DNA of 64,000 nucleotides from Phoronis australis (Eukaryota > Animalia > Phoronida): positions 7,395 through 71,394 of the forward strand of contig NMRA01000178.1 in NCBI GenBank assembly GCA_002633005.1, in the 5' to 3' direction. The notes beneath the pieces were generated by a model. The model saw nothing but the letters and a program-made list of their open reading frames with translations. It was not told the origin of the DNA and searched no databases. Within the stretch, counting starts at the first letter, position 1; every line of letters starts with the position of its first letter. Positions 39,001 through 51,310 of the stretch are shown here, piece after piece. The translations under genes and the position numbers were made by a program.

Positions 39001-39226
39001 GCCTAACCACGGAAACCCAATGGTGTGCGACGTTCAAGTGAGCAACAGAATAAGAAAGTTTCAATTAGTTTGGGACGGTTTGGCGATATGCTCTGGTGTC
39101 ACCGCTCAGGCAAAGGGTTATAAAAGTAAAGGCGGCGCAGTGGAACACGCGATGCGCGAAATAACCCCTAAACTACTTGGGTCAGGGGTCAGAGTTCAGT
39201 ACGGAGACAAGTGGTGGACCACTTAA
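36096..39226 (+). CDS. Gene copy C: 206-aa DED - Pro/Thr linker - ALF-like (LPS-binding) fusion protein, join(36096..36208,37422..37585,38204..38304,38984..39226)
   Basis: Exons of 113+164+101+243 = 621 nt with phases 2/1/0, all GT-AG and no internal stop: MNTEEQRRQHRLLFMIVANHVLDKHLEKLKSYCMTWIA|PATLQNITTTEKLLDQLEMHGVIGIGNYVELIKMLEVHGLLDLKAKVEQQAELV|GSTPPPLSTPPVDRVEKLTDVTVTMGISSGPTEK|LTISPGPNHGNPMVCDVQVSNRIRKFQLVWDGLAICSGVTAQAKGYKSKGGAVEHAMREITPKLLGSGVRVQYGDKWWTT*. AATAAA at 39369. Confidence 0.8.
37422..37644 (+). CDS. DED exon of gene C, with possible read-through of the donor at 37586 to TGA at 37644 (DED-only isoform)
   Basis: The frame stays open past GTAG|GTAATG as VGNEDLHRTHSRTNSPGARG*. 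Copies B and D have matching read-through tails VANADNR* and VGNEDLR*. Confidence 0.6.
38984..39226 (+). CDS. ALF-like domain exon (terminal exon of gene C)
   Basis: CDVQVSNRIRKFQLVWDGLAIC is C-x20-C with a central IRKFQL..G pattern like the LPS-binding hairpin of shrimp and horseshoe-crab ALFs. It is followed by a strand and the helix KSKGGAVEHAMREITPKLL. Confidence 0.78.
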   Translation, partial: LTISPGPNHGNPMVCDVQVSNRIRKFQLVWDGLAICSGVTAQAKGYKSKGGAVEHAMREITPKLLGSGVRVQYGDKWWTT

Positions 39227-39368
39227 GGACACTGTTTGGCAACAGATGACGATTTTAGCACAGGTGCGGGTGCACATTCTTCTACTGGCAATTTATAGTG
39301 GACGAAGGAAAGGAGCTTCGTGACACACATTCCTGGTACAAGTACTTGTCACTTTTTAAACTGTATTC

Positions 39369-39374
39369 AATAAA
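39369..39374 (+). terminator. Polyadenylation signal candidate for gene C
   Basis: AATAAA about 140 nt after the stop. The paralogous position in unit B (22668) reads GATAAA. Confidence 0.5.
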
Positions 39375-41029
39375 ACTTACGTCGTATGCAAGTTAAATGT
39401 ACATTGACAGTGGAAGTTTTGTGGCTAGGCCCCACATGTTTTGTTAACAGTTGTTCAGTTCAAGGTTCGTGTTCGCCAAAGCAATCATTTCGTAGAATAA
39501 GCACAACCCCGGATCACGTTCACTTTGACTCAAATTTAGTGCTGCGAACCAGGCTGCGTAAATTTTAAATTGGAAGGTAAATTCTGTACGAATCATTTTG
39601 TGTTTTAACTGTATGATTTTTCACCACCATTAACTATTTTAATGGTCAATTGTGTTGCCTTTTACTTCAACAAAGATTCCAGAATGTTGAAATTTGATTA
39701 AATCTTCCTCAATCGTGGAGGTTGGTCTTTGCTGCCTCTCTAACGTTATCAAATTTAACGCAGTTTCAAATAAGACGATATATATATTTCAATATAAATA
39801 GGCCCGACTGACCCCTTTCACAATCTCATAAACTGACAATACAAATTGCAGTAGGAAACAAATGACATTTACACACGCTCTGACCTCCTCTGATTTCCTT
39901 GAACAAAATTTAGCGATACTACTCCACTCCGCAATACTACCAGAGCGCATGCAATTTACAAAACTTCAGTTTTGCTGTTTTATTCCACACTAATATTTGA
40001 TTGCCCTCGCAAATTTTCATACACTGGACAAAAAATGAAATGAGCTTCGTCCTTTAAAGCATGTTCTTCACACAAAATACTCTTCTTTCTTTGACCCAGC
40101 TGTCCACCCTTCTCAATCATGAACAGATTCGAACAACCAAACTTGGCTACCTACCTCCTAGTGATTCGTGTATTGCTGTGACCTATGCCACTAAGAACTC
40201 CTTTTGAGGATTATTGGTGGGCTGTATAGACGTCTTGACAAACTCCAAAGACATCTTTTGAAAGCGTCTTTTGAAAGGTGTCTTAGCTATTTAAACACGC
40301 TTAGAATACTTTACTTTTCAATGCCTTTGATTTGATTCAGGAGTGTTCGGCTGCTACTTCAGAGATGTCGGTTTGACTCCCAAGCTCTTGCAAAGTTCTG
40401 TCAAAAAATCATTTCTCTCCATGAATGTGCATTATGAAGTATTCAGTACAACAAATACACATACCCAGAAAGCGCCAAGAGGCATTGTTTCTGGTTTAAA
40501 TAAATACAAAGAAAACTATGTACAATTATTATACACAAATGCATGAATTTAAAAAAATGTTAAGATTACACTCACATATGATTTCGAATGTAAATAAATC
40601 ATTTTAAGACACAGTAAGTTATTTTACATGTATACAATTTAATCGACTCGCACAAAGAGATTTAATGCTAAAAATAAATGTTGTTACTATTTTGAATCGA
40701 ACCTTATTTTCATTTGGGTCGAGTTCTATACATCCATTAAAAAAATAATGTTGTTGTACATTTGAGGAACATTTGGATATTTTTTGCCATCAATTTCATT
40801 AATTGTCATAATTAATTAACATTATTCCACATTGCAGTTCACTGTCACAGGGAACGACACACCAAGCATTGTCAGTCATGAGCATGTCTGATAAAATGTT
40901 GTCCATATTTTCCATTAGGTTAAAAAATTAAAGTTCTTTAACAACATAGCATACACTTATTGTTTCTTCATCCACTCCATCATCATTTAGATCATCATTA
41001 TTGTCATTAAAAGTTGTTTTTGACTGAGA

Positions 41030-41450
41030 CACCGTGTTCACACAGTCTGGACAGCCACACAACTTAGAACATGGCATGCCTGACTCCAAACAAGAGCACA
41101 TTTTTTACTACAACTTCTTTTACACTTGCCATTAACATTTTTCATGGCATTTTCTGAGGCTAAAGGCAGAGTCATCCAATGGAGCATCATACTACCCTGC
41201 TCCAAAAGCCACCCATTAGCAACTGGAGATGGTGCACTGACATGCTGTTGCAAGGCTCTTTTGTGAATGGCACACTGGTAGTTTGCTCTTTTAGCTTGTA
41301 GCAGCAAACAATCATGTTGAGGAGGCAGATTACAGATTTCAACCTGAATATGTGGTAGTGTGCTTTGTTAACTGTTGATGACTCGCCGTACAGCTTGCAT
41401 ACAAACGGTTCAATGTCTTCCATGAGTGAGTTAACCAGGAAACACAAATT
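41030..41450 (-). mobile_element. Decayed C-terminus of an Academ(X)-like transposase (Cys-rich CXC tail)
   Basis: IEPFVCKLYG...YHIFRLK, then LLQAKRANYQCAIHKRALQQHVSAPSPVANGW...LHWMTLPLA...KCKRSCSKKC...C. This RAxYQ/PxP..GW/W/Cys-cluster tail is typical of XPG-containing Academ proteins. Frameshifted. Confidence 0.6.
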
Positions 41451-44400
41451 TTGAGCCCAACTTTAATGGCAAAGACAAAGTTAAAAAATATCTCTGCAAG
41501 ACTGCCCCCTACCCAAAAATAAAAAAGGTTTGACAATCTGAATACCGTTTCGTCTAAACAACTGAAGTAGATAACCAAAATAATCTTCACTTTAGCACAC
41601 AGTATGGTCAACAACTGAAATTTCATTTTCTCTAAGTGCTCAGAAAAATAAGCATTAAGAGAAATGAGCATCATTACTAGCATTAATTGTACTGTGCAGC
41701 TGCCTTCAAACAATTTAAAACATAGAAACATTTTATCGGCCTTGGAACAGTTGTTCAGCCTTTGAAAATAGAGGAATGGCCATGTTGGCAATAGTTTTTG
41801 TTTGAAATTGAAAAGCGTCCTCTTTACCGTAGAGCTAAAATTTCATTTGACGCTTCCTGTTTTAAATAGCACACAAGTGGAAGAGTAAAAATTTTCCTTT
41901 GACAAAATCTCCAATTCAAGAATCTTCAAAATGTGAGATACTGAAATCTGAGCAACATTTGAATTTTCAAGTTAAATAAATTGCAGAACACAGGCAATAT
42001 TTCCATTTTTATATTTCTCAAATTCCAAACACCGCTCATGATTTTACATAAAAGGATCTCAAAATAGGCTTAGAAGTTCATAAAAAGCAGTGCTGGTCAC
42101 TCACATGTAGGTAAAAACTACTGCCAGTACATTTGAGATTGAGACCACTATTACTACAAATTTAGCAAGCAAAATATTTTTTGTTCTGTGGCCTAAACTA
42201 AAGATTATCTACCATAAATGACACCTTTTCAAGTTAAGAATAGGTAGGCGTATTTACAATTGAATGTTTGGAACTTGGATAGGTTTTTAACTTAAGTTGC
42301 CCTGTGATGAAATTTGATTTGTGGCAAATGGTTCGTTGTAGTGGCAAGACATATAGGGTGTATTTCTTTGAGCACTTTTAAGTGTACATGTAACTGACAG
42401 TGGCAATCTCCTTAATGGGGCTCAACATTATTTCCATCATCAGATTGGTTTTTTTCTTTTATAAGAGCTCTTTCAATTTTTGTTACATCCGTTAAGTGTC
42501 TGTAACACTGCTTGTGATACAAGCATGCACAAATCAAGCCTAAAAATGGTGGGCTCAAGTTTTTGAGAATGTGTACATTTATTAAGATTCACGGGGTACT
42601 TCAGAGCTACGAACTGTACGTTCGTCAAATTGTGGTAGTTTCTATCTTTTTAGTGAACTTTTGTCTCATTATCTACTTTTTTGGAGTCTTTGTTTCTCTG
42701 AGGCAAACCTTTTTACCCACTTTACCAAATGGGGGAGGCTCGTTCAAGCCCTGGAGCCCAACNNNCCCCCCCCCCCAACCCCTGGGTGCGCGCATGACAA
42801 GAGCTCTGTTTTTTCACAAACACTTAAAAACTTATCAGAAATGATACTTCTCTTGCACTCAATGTTGATACGTTTGTTTGCAGTAGACTTACACCAGGTA
42901 ATATCGGAAAATTCCAGCTCAGAAATTTGAGCACAAGCTGACACATGAATGCAACAAGGGGCAGACATCTTGCCATTCTATTGTGAAGTCGCACACTCGT
43001 TGAATAATTCATGGTTTCAGCAGAGTCCTAGCTGCCCCAAAACTGTTCTTTGCGAAACACAAAACGATTCAGGAATGTGCCAAGAATTGTTTCAGTGCGA
43101 TGACAATCGTGGCCACTTGATTTGACTTTCCTTAATTCCTAACTGTTGCCTGCTGGTTTTTGAGCCTTGGCCCTTGGTAATTGCCTATTACTTGCACACC
43201 CGCATCCAAGAATTAATACTATCCAATGTGCAGTAGCAATAAACAATCTAGCTAAGCCAGCAGGATAACATCAGCTGGCTGTCCTCTGATACACAGGCGT
43301 CCTCATCTTCTGATCGTCCCCACTACACTATATATAATACCACAAGGCATCACACTCCGGACAAGAAATTCCACGGGTGCTTCACTTCAGCCGTCCACAG
43401 CAAACATAAATCTCAATAAATTTACACAAAACAGAGGTTCAACAAACCATGAAGAATTGTTCTTTCTCCCAATAGCATTTGCGGTGTCCTGCTCTACCGA
43501 GTTCGCAAGAAATTCGCGGTCAAAGCACAAAAATCTTCCCAAAAAGCCCGTCCAGAGCAACTCCTTGGTCCCACGCGCAGGGTACGGAATTATCTGATGA
43601 GTTACGGATGTACGGCAATTGCCGATTCATAACGGAAAGTCACGGCATCGAAATTGTACAGTTTTACCAATCTCAGATTGATTGGGTCACGTGATCATAC
43701 ATTTGATACCATTACCATGACTAAATCTTCAACATAAAATATAAAAAATTTACTGTTTTCTAAATTAATTAATATTTCCGTTTCATCCAATTTTCATTGT
43801 TTTCAAGTAAATCACGACAGCCCTATTTTGATCACCCGTCACGCAAAAGTGGAATATTTTAAAGCAATTCCAAACAGCTTTTTGGGGAACAGTGCATAGT
43901 ATCTAAAAATTTCGTATGAATCCGACTGCCACGTATGTCTGTTCCGAAGTTAGCCAAACTTTTCTAGAGACCAACAAAACCTTAAGTACAATGACTAAAA
44001 TACAGGTTACGGTGGTTCTTCTTTTTGTATTGATATTGCGCGTGCACCTCTGGGACTGCACAACTAGAATGACTATTGATTTTAGGAATGTATACAAAAC
44101 TGAGGCCTGTAGAGCGACGCAAGCCCCGGGCTCTATGGAATACGGCCGCGTCCAGGTCTGCTTTCCATAAGCCCATGATATTTGCCATGCTTTTGTGGCG
44201 AGAAAATTTCGTTTATCTTATCAATCAACATTCCAACTTCGCCTTCAGTGGCCGCCATTTTGTTGGGTTGCATTGGCCAGGTCTCGAGCATAACCGCGAA
44301 ACACTCGCGTTTCACTCACCCGAGTTTGCGTGGTCTGGCTTTTTGGAGAGATTCTTCGGTCAATAGATTAAAAGCACGTCTGTGTTGCGAGTTCTTTACT

Positions 44401-45206
44401 ACATTGTCAGATTCGCACGGAACAGACTACGTGTTTACTTTCCAGTGGACATGTTTTCGTCTGTAAAGTGAAAGATACTTGAATAAATTGCATAGCTGAA
44501 AAAAAAAGATTTTTGTGACTTGCAATTTTCCCATAATATTTAGTTTTGTCTGATTTTCTCATTCAGTGACTCATAAGTAAGATATCGATATTTGAATCCT
44601 TAGAGACAAGCGTGTAAAAAATGGTGAAGTTCCAAATACAGTGACATTCACTTTCAGCTATTCTCCATGTCGCAAGAGATTTCCCGGCTTGGGAAGAGTG
44701 GAAATTTCTTTTTGGCGAAGATCGAAGTCTAACATTGATATGGGTACTTAGATTTAGTATCCACTTGTGACGGGACGTTCGTAACTTTACGCTTATTGTT
44801 ATTCTTATTTAGTTGCAAATGTTCAGTTATTCTCATGCTAATGTCTTTGTTGCGTATTCAATTTGACTATCAGCTAAGTAAGAATTGATTCATTCCCTGT
44901 CCGAAAGCTGTTACTTTTAATTTAGTGCTTTTGAAATATTACGAATGGGACAGAAAGTACTTCAAAAAACTTGGTCCCCCCTCTAAATCCGCCACTGGTA
45001 TGTGCTAATTAGATATAGTTAAGGTATAGTAAAGATATAGACACTGATGTTGGCCAATAGTGAAATACATTGAATTTTAATTAAAACACGTACTGGTGAA
45101 TTTCGGATTATATAATTGTGCAAATCTCCTGCGAAAAAGGCGAAACGCCCCCTCATGGGATATATGACATAACTGTTGGCGGCAAACAGTAATTGCACAC
45201 ATATCG

Positions 45207-45281
45207 GGTCCTCAGTAACTCAGTGGTAAGAGCACTAGAACTGCAATCTAGAGACCTGTGGTTCGATTACCAGTTGGGGTT
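45207..45281 (+). repeat. tRNA-derived sequence (SINE head or tRNA pseudogene) inside imperfect inverted repeats
   Basis: A box TAACTCAGTGG, stem-loop CTAGA-ACTGCAA-TCTAG and B box GGTTCGATT. Acceptor and T stems are poor. 45013-45071 is an imperfect inverted copy of 45305-45356. Confidence 0.55.
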
Positions 45282-46013
45282 CGTGATTTTTCTGTGTTTA
45301 CTTGATATGTTCCACTACTGGCCAATCTAAGTGTTCATACATATTTCCTTAAATCCTCATACCTCTGAGCCATGACACTGTGATGGCCATATCACTTTAT
45401 CAAATAACTTAAATGGCAGTTGCACTAGAAAATTCTCTACATTTTACTAAGATAGATGACTCAACTTTCAACGCTGTAAATCCACATTCATTCCTATTTG
45501 CCGTAGAACCGTATTTAACGCTCATTGTCTCAATGAAGAAAAGTAAGTGACAATGTTGATAAAAAACAACCAGATTTTTCAACTTCAACATGTTTCGGTG
45601 TCTCATACCTCATCATCAGGACAAGTAATGAGGGCCATCTATGACCTTGACCCACGCATTCAGTAGACCTATTAAGAGGCATCATTGCAAAAAACATAAT
45701 TGAGAATGTTTGCTTCCATTTGTCAACAGTTCAGGTAACATGATCTGAGGAAAGGACAAAACTTAGATTTACCACACCACAGCAGGTTTACGTGTCCGAT
45801 GCTAAAGGTATGATTATTACTAGTTTTGCTGGATGAAAAACAAAAATAGAATTAGGCCTCTTACTGTTATAAAATAGGTGTCACGTGATAGGTCTTGTTT
45901 TATGTTACCAATCTGTTAGAGATCCTTTCAACTTAGGGATGTCGCAAAAAGAAACTGTTGACATGCTCAGGTATCGCTTTGGTTTCATTATTTGCCCTAA
46001 GCAATTCTTGCGA

Positions 46014-48858
46014 TTTTTGGTTAGGGCTATGACTCGCACATCGTAACAATTATTCAGATATTGATGGTGTGATTGGTTTCATAGGCTGACAAATATTGAT
46101 GCCACGGCAGCAATATCTTTAAAGATTCATGCAACACAAATGTGTCACTAATGGCTTAGTGGTGAAACGAAAAACTGTGCGAATGATTCTTTCTGCTGTC
46201 GATCCAGATTGTGTGACAATGCAACGCGCCAGAAGACTGTTCACGTACAGTGACAAACTTGGATCTCGAGATCCTGAGATAATTAAGTCGGGATCTCGAG
46301 ATCCTGAGATAATTAAAAACAAACGCTCGATGTCATCTTTGGGCTACCGTACTTAAACAACAAAATACTAGCGATTGGTCCATTTCAGTATTTAGAATTA
46401 TGGAGAAATGTGATTTTTTAGAAATTTTTAGGAACAAATTTAAAGTTTTCAACATGCACAATTAAGATTGTGCCTCTTGAAAACTTTAAAGCATTCAGTT
46501 TCCTGTTAGAGGAGTTAAACTGGTTCAAAACAATCACTGAGAAACCAAAACTGCGCTTTTATAGAATTGTTAAGAAAGACTTGTGTTGAAGAGTATTTAG
46601 GTCTGCCGGTGTCCCAGAGGTCCGTCATAACTCGATTGAGAGCAGATATTCTACCATTAGAGGTTAAGGTGGGGCGGTACACTTGAACTCCTGTGAATGA
46701 ACAAAATTGTCGTGTTTCTAAAAACGGAATTCTTTTATAGTGAAAAACATACTCATATTTGACCACTTTTATACGGGGTTCTGTCCTACAGTACCTCCAG
46801 TATTCCAAAATAATTTGAAAGTACTTGCAAAATTCATTCAAGACGCTTTGCAGGATAGAAGTAATTATTTGTTCGTAAACTAGTCTGAGGTTACCAGATT
46901 TCCCTTGAGTCTGTGCATTATGTTATGTTATAGTTTATTGTTATAAGGTGACAGAAAGACCATTGAGGCTGGGGGTGTGAGTAGTATTATGTATTTGAGA
47001 TCATGTGTTCACTGGCACCTTTCTGTCACTACAATAAATAAACAATATCAGTACAAGACAGCACCTTTCTGTCACTACAATAAATAAACAATATCAGTAC
47101 CAAGACAGCACCTTTCTGTCACTACAATAAATAAACAATATCAGTACAAGACAGCACCTTTCTGTCACTACAATACATAAACAATATCAGTACAAGACAG
47201 CACCTTTCTGTCACTACAATAAATAAACAATATCAGTACAAGACAGCACCTTTCTGTCACTACAATANNNNNNNNNNNNNNNNNNNNNNNNNNNNNNNNN
47301 NNNNNNNNNNNNNNNNNNNNNNNNNNNNNNNNNNNNNNNNNNNNNNNNNNNNNNNNNNNNNNNNNNNNNNNNNNNNNNNNNNNNNNNNNNNNNNNNNNNN
47401 NNNNNNNNNNNNNNNNNNNNNNNNNNNNNNNNNNNNNNNNNNNNNNNNNNNNNNNNNNNNNNNNNNNNNNNNNNNNNNNNNNNNNNNNNNNNNNNNNNNN
47501 NNNNNNNNNNNNNNNNNNNNNNNNNNNNNNNNNNNNNNNNNNNNNNNNNNNNNNNNNNNNNNNNNNNNNNNNNNNNNNNNNNNNNNNNNNNNNNNNNNNN
47601 NNNNNNNNNNNNNNNNNNNNNNNNNNNNNNNNNNNNNNNNNNNNNNNNNNNNNNNNNNNNNNNNNNNNNNNNNNNNNNNNNNNNNNNNNNNNNNNNNNNN
47701 NNNNNNNNNNNNNNNNNNNNNNNNNNNNNNNNNNNNNNNNNNNNNNNNNNNNNNNNNNNNNNNNNNNNNNNNNNNNNNNNNNNNNNNNNNNNNNNTTTTT
47801 GGTTAGGGCTATGACTCGCACATCGTAACAATTATTCAGATATTGATGGTGTGATTGGTTTCATAGGCTGACAAATATTGATGCCACGGCAGCAATATCT
47901 TTAAAGATTCATGCAACACAAATGTGTCACTAATGGCTTAGTGGTGAAACGAAAAACTGTGCGAATGATTCTTTCTGCTGTCGATCCAGATTGTGTGACA
48001 ATGCGACGCGCCAGAAGACTGTTCACGTACAGTGACAAACTTGGATCTCGAGATCCCGAGATAATTAAGTCGGGATCTCGAGATCCTGAGATAATTAAAA
48101 ACAAACGCTCGATGTCATCTTTTTGCTACCGTACTTAAACAACAAACTACTAGCGATTGGTCCATTTCAGTATTTAGAATTATGGAGAAATGTGATTTTT
48201 TAGAAATTTTTAGGAACAAATTTAAAGTTTTTCTTGAAAACTTTAAAGCATTCAGTTTCCTGTTAGAGGAGTTGAACTGGTTCAAAACAATCACTGAGAA
48301 ACCAAAACTGCGCTTTTATAGAATTGTTAAGAAAGACTGGTGTTGAAGAGTATTTAGGTCTGCCGGTGTCCCAGAGGTCTGTCATAACTCGATTGAGAGC
48401 AGATATTCTACCATTGGAGGTTAAGGTGGGGCGGAACACTTGAACTCCAGTGAATGAACAAAATTGTCGTGTTTCTAAAAACGGAATTCTTTTATAGTGA
48501 AAAATGTACTAATATCTGACCACTTTTATACGGGGTTCTGTCCTACCTCAAGTATTCCAAAATAATTTGAAAGTACTTGTAAAATTCATTCAAGACTCTT
48601 TGCAGGATAGAAGTAATTATTTGTTCGTAAACTAGTCTGAGGTTACCAGATTTCCCTCGAGTCTGTGCATTATGTTATGTTATAGTTTATTGTTATAAGG
48701 TGACAGTAAGACCATTGAGGCTGGGGGTGTGATTAGTATTATGTATTTGAGATCATGTGTTCACTGGCACCTTTCTGTCACTACAATAAATAAACAATAT
48801 CAGTACAAGACAGCACCTTTCTGTCACTACAATAAATAAACAATATCAGTACAAGACA
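46014..48858. repeat. ~1.1-kb direct duplication (46014-47267 and 47796-48858) flanking a gap
   Basis: Near-identical copies with scattered substitutions and small indels. Confidence 0.85.
47015..47267. repeat. 46-bp minisatellite GCACCTTTCTGTCACTACAATAAATAAACAATATCAGTACAAGACA
   Basis: At least 5.5 copies running into the gap; 2 copies at 48767-48858. Confidence 0.95.
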
Positions 48859-49822
48859 GAATAAAATTTCTGTGCTCACCTGATGATAATCTGACCCGAT
48901 GTTGGCCTAAGTAAGAATTAGAAGTGATTTGACCGGGTCTTAGTAGGGTACAGCGCTAGTGTTGATTAACAAAGTCAGTGGCTCGCTGGGTTTTTATAAT
49001 GTTCCCGAGCACTGAAATGTGATTCCAGAGATGTGATTTGACCATTTTTGTTCGGAAAATTATTAAGTATGAAAACAAATCAGCAAAATCATCTGACTTA
49101 ACTCTATCTCAATGTCACATGTTGAATTGAATTGTGACCAATCCAGTAGATTGTGAATACTATAAATAATCATAGATTAATTATCGTTGCTTTTTAATAT
49201 ACCCTCATTTTCACTCACCGGTAACTAATCCTGTGTTGTTGTTGTTTTCTTTTTGTTTTTTATAGGCACTTGATACCGGTGCTATGGCATTTAGCCTACG
49301 GAAACAATTTATTGTCATGAAAGATGCTACAAACAATTTATTGTCATGATAGATGCTACAAACAATTGGTTTCAAGATCTGCTTCTCACCTTGATAATAT
49401 TTTGATAGTATGGTAAGAAGAATGAATTTGTGCACTATCGTCCGATCCAAGTATAAATTTAATATTTGAAAAACCCATGCGACGTAAAGAACGACAGCAA
49501 AGAAAACGTGTGACGTTCAAATTAAATGTAGGAATAGAATCTGTCCCGAATCATAATCACAATACGCTTTGATATTCTCTGAAAATCTTTCATGGTAAAC
49601 AAAGACCGTGTCTTAGTGGTTTGAGTATACAGCAAATCACGTGCCTATGACAACTTGTATGGTCGCAACAGTGGCCTAAATCGTGAAGGACCAGTCTGTT
49701 GGTAACGTACCAGCATTACGAGGACAAGATTTTGTCGATTCTTGACATGCCGAAAAGTGACCTTGTTTACTTTGCTGGATAACCTGGCGTGTGAAAGTTA
49801 GCTAACCCAACTGTAGAGTCCG

Positions 49823-50264
49823 TTGCCCGGTTGCATGAAACAGTCCCAAATAGGGACACAACTAAGTTCCCTAAATCTACTACGTATTTTTAGACTTGTG
49901 AAATAATCGATTGCACTTTCTTGAATTGTTTTAGAGTCATTACTAAGTCAATTTTTAACTTTGATACAAGTCGAGAGTGAATTCTACGTTGAATTGTCAA
50001 TATTATCGAAAATATTTAGGGGTTTTTTCATGCAACACACACAATTTAAGGACTGAATCTATATATTTATTTTCAATGAACTCTGGGCTCAGTTTTTAGT
50101 TCAATGATTAAAAAACGTCATTAATCAAAGAGGAGCTCATAATAAAGATGAAATGATAGAAAAATATTGCATCTGCATGTGTGTCCATAAAGACACAAAT
50201 ACGCAAAAAGACTTTGGGACCTTAGTTGAGTCCCTACTTGGGACCGTTTCATGCAACCGGCCAC
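49823..50264. mobile_element. MITE, same family as 23827-24260
   Basis: TIRs GCCCGGTTGCATGAAACAGTCCCAAATAGGGAC and GTCCCTACTTGGGACCGTTTCATGCAACCGG. Confidence 0.8.
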
Positions 50265-50953
50265 GTATCACCAGAGGGCGCGATTGCTAATGGTAATAGG
50301 TCACATAGTGCCCAAAAACATTCTTCAAGGTAGAAAGTGAGTAATGGTTGGAATGAAAGTGTAACGCAACAAACATGTAACATGCAACATTCACATGAGT
50401 CATAATTGGAAAATGATATATTTATTACTGAATATTTTATAAATCCATTTGATCGGGACTTTTCCAAATCAATGTTTCATACGATTCCCTTCTAAGTGCA
50501 GAACATAGTGTAATATTTTTATCAGAATGTAACATATTATTTTTATACTGCTGATATGAGAAAAACATGTATTTACTCGCACTACTAAATAAGTTTGAGT
50601 TTTCCCCAAATCATAAAAGGAGTTAAAATACAATTTCAGTCAACAATCTCTTATGGTATCAAAAAGACAAAAGACAATCAATACACCACGGGCATTGAGC
50701 AGTCAGCTTATCTCAGTGTAAATCAACATTCCCTTGAAAAGCACCGCCTGACGCTGAGAAAAATGAACAATGTCTCCGCCAAGTGTTCGCGTTTCACAAA
50801 TAAATAATAGGTCGTAAATAATAAGACCAGCGAGTGCAGTTCAATCATGTATTGTACTATACCAGTGATACAGGCACACTTCACAAACTCCAATCAATGA
50901 GCTATACCAGGAGCTCATTGCTCCAATCAAAGACTCAAACCACGAGGTCTCCA

Positions 50954-51220
50954 GTGCCCGGTTGCATGAAACAGACCCAAAGTAGGGACTCAACTAAGTT
51001 CCTCCAAATCTTTTGCATATGTTTCTCTCTTGAGTCATAGATGTTATATTTTTCTATTTTATCTTCATTATGAGCTGCTCTTTGACTAATGACGTTTTTA
51101 AATAATATATCTAAAAACTGAGCCCTTAATTGTGTCATAATTATTAGGGACTTCGTCCTTAAATTAGATGCGTTGCATTAAAAAATACCTACTTATTTTC
51201 AATAATATTGAGAATTCAAC
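50954..51220 (+). mobile_element. Truncated MITE of the same family, at the left edge of unit D
   Basis: Left TIR and interior match 23827-24097; the right TIR is absent. Confidence 0.7.
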
Positions 51221-51310
51221 CTTTTTCCTTAGTTCCACTGGGTAAGCACACCGACTTGTCGACAAGATCCTAGACTACTAATCTCAACATTCAGTGAACT
51301 AATTACCTTG

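Noticed and set aside
43400-44500. CpG-richer stretch with GCCGCCATTTT and CACGTG motifs as a host promoter or first exon
   Set aside because: No linked coding exons were found, and such motifs are common in DNA-transposon ends; it lies near the Academ-like relic.
45207-45281. Functional tRNA gene
   Set aside because: Acceptor and T stems pair poorly and the 7-nt anticodon loop lacks U33; treated as a tRNA-derived repeat.
47015-47267. Regularly spaced repeats as a CRISPR array
   Set aside because: Contiguous 46-bp units with no unique spacers, in a eukaryotic context with no cas genes; it is a minisatellite.
46014-48858. Biologically meaningful tandem gene duplication
   Set aside because: The copies flank a gap at a minisatellite and differ only by allele-level changes, so an uncollapsed haplotype is at least as likely.
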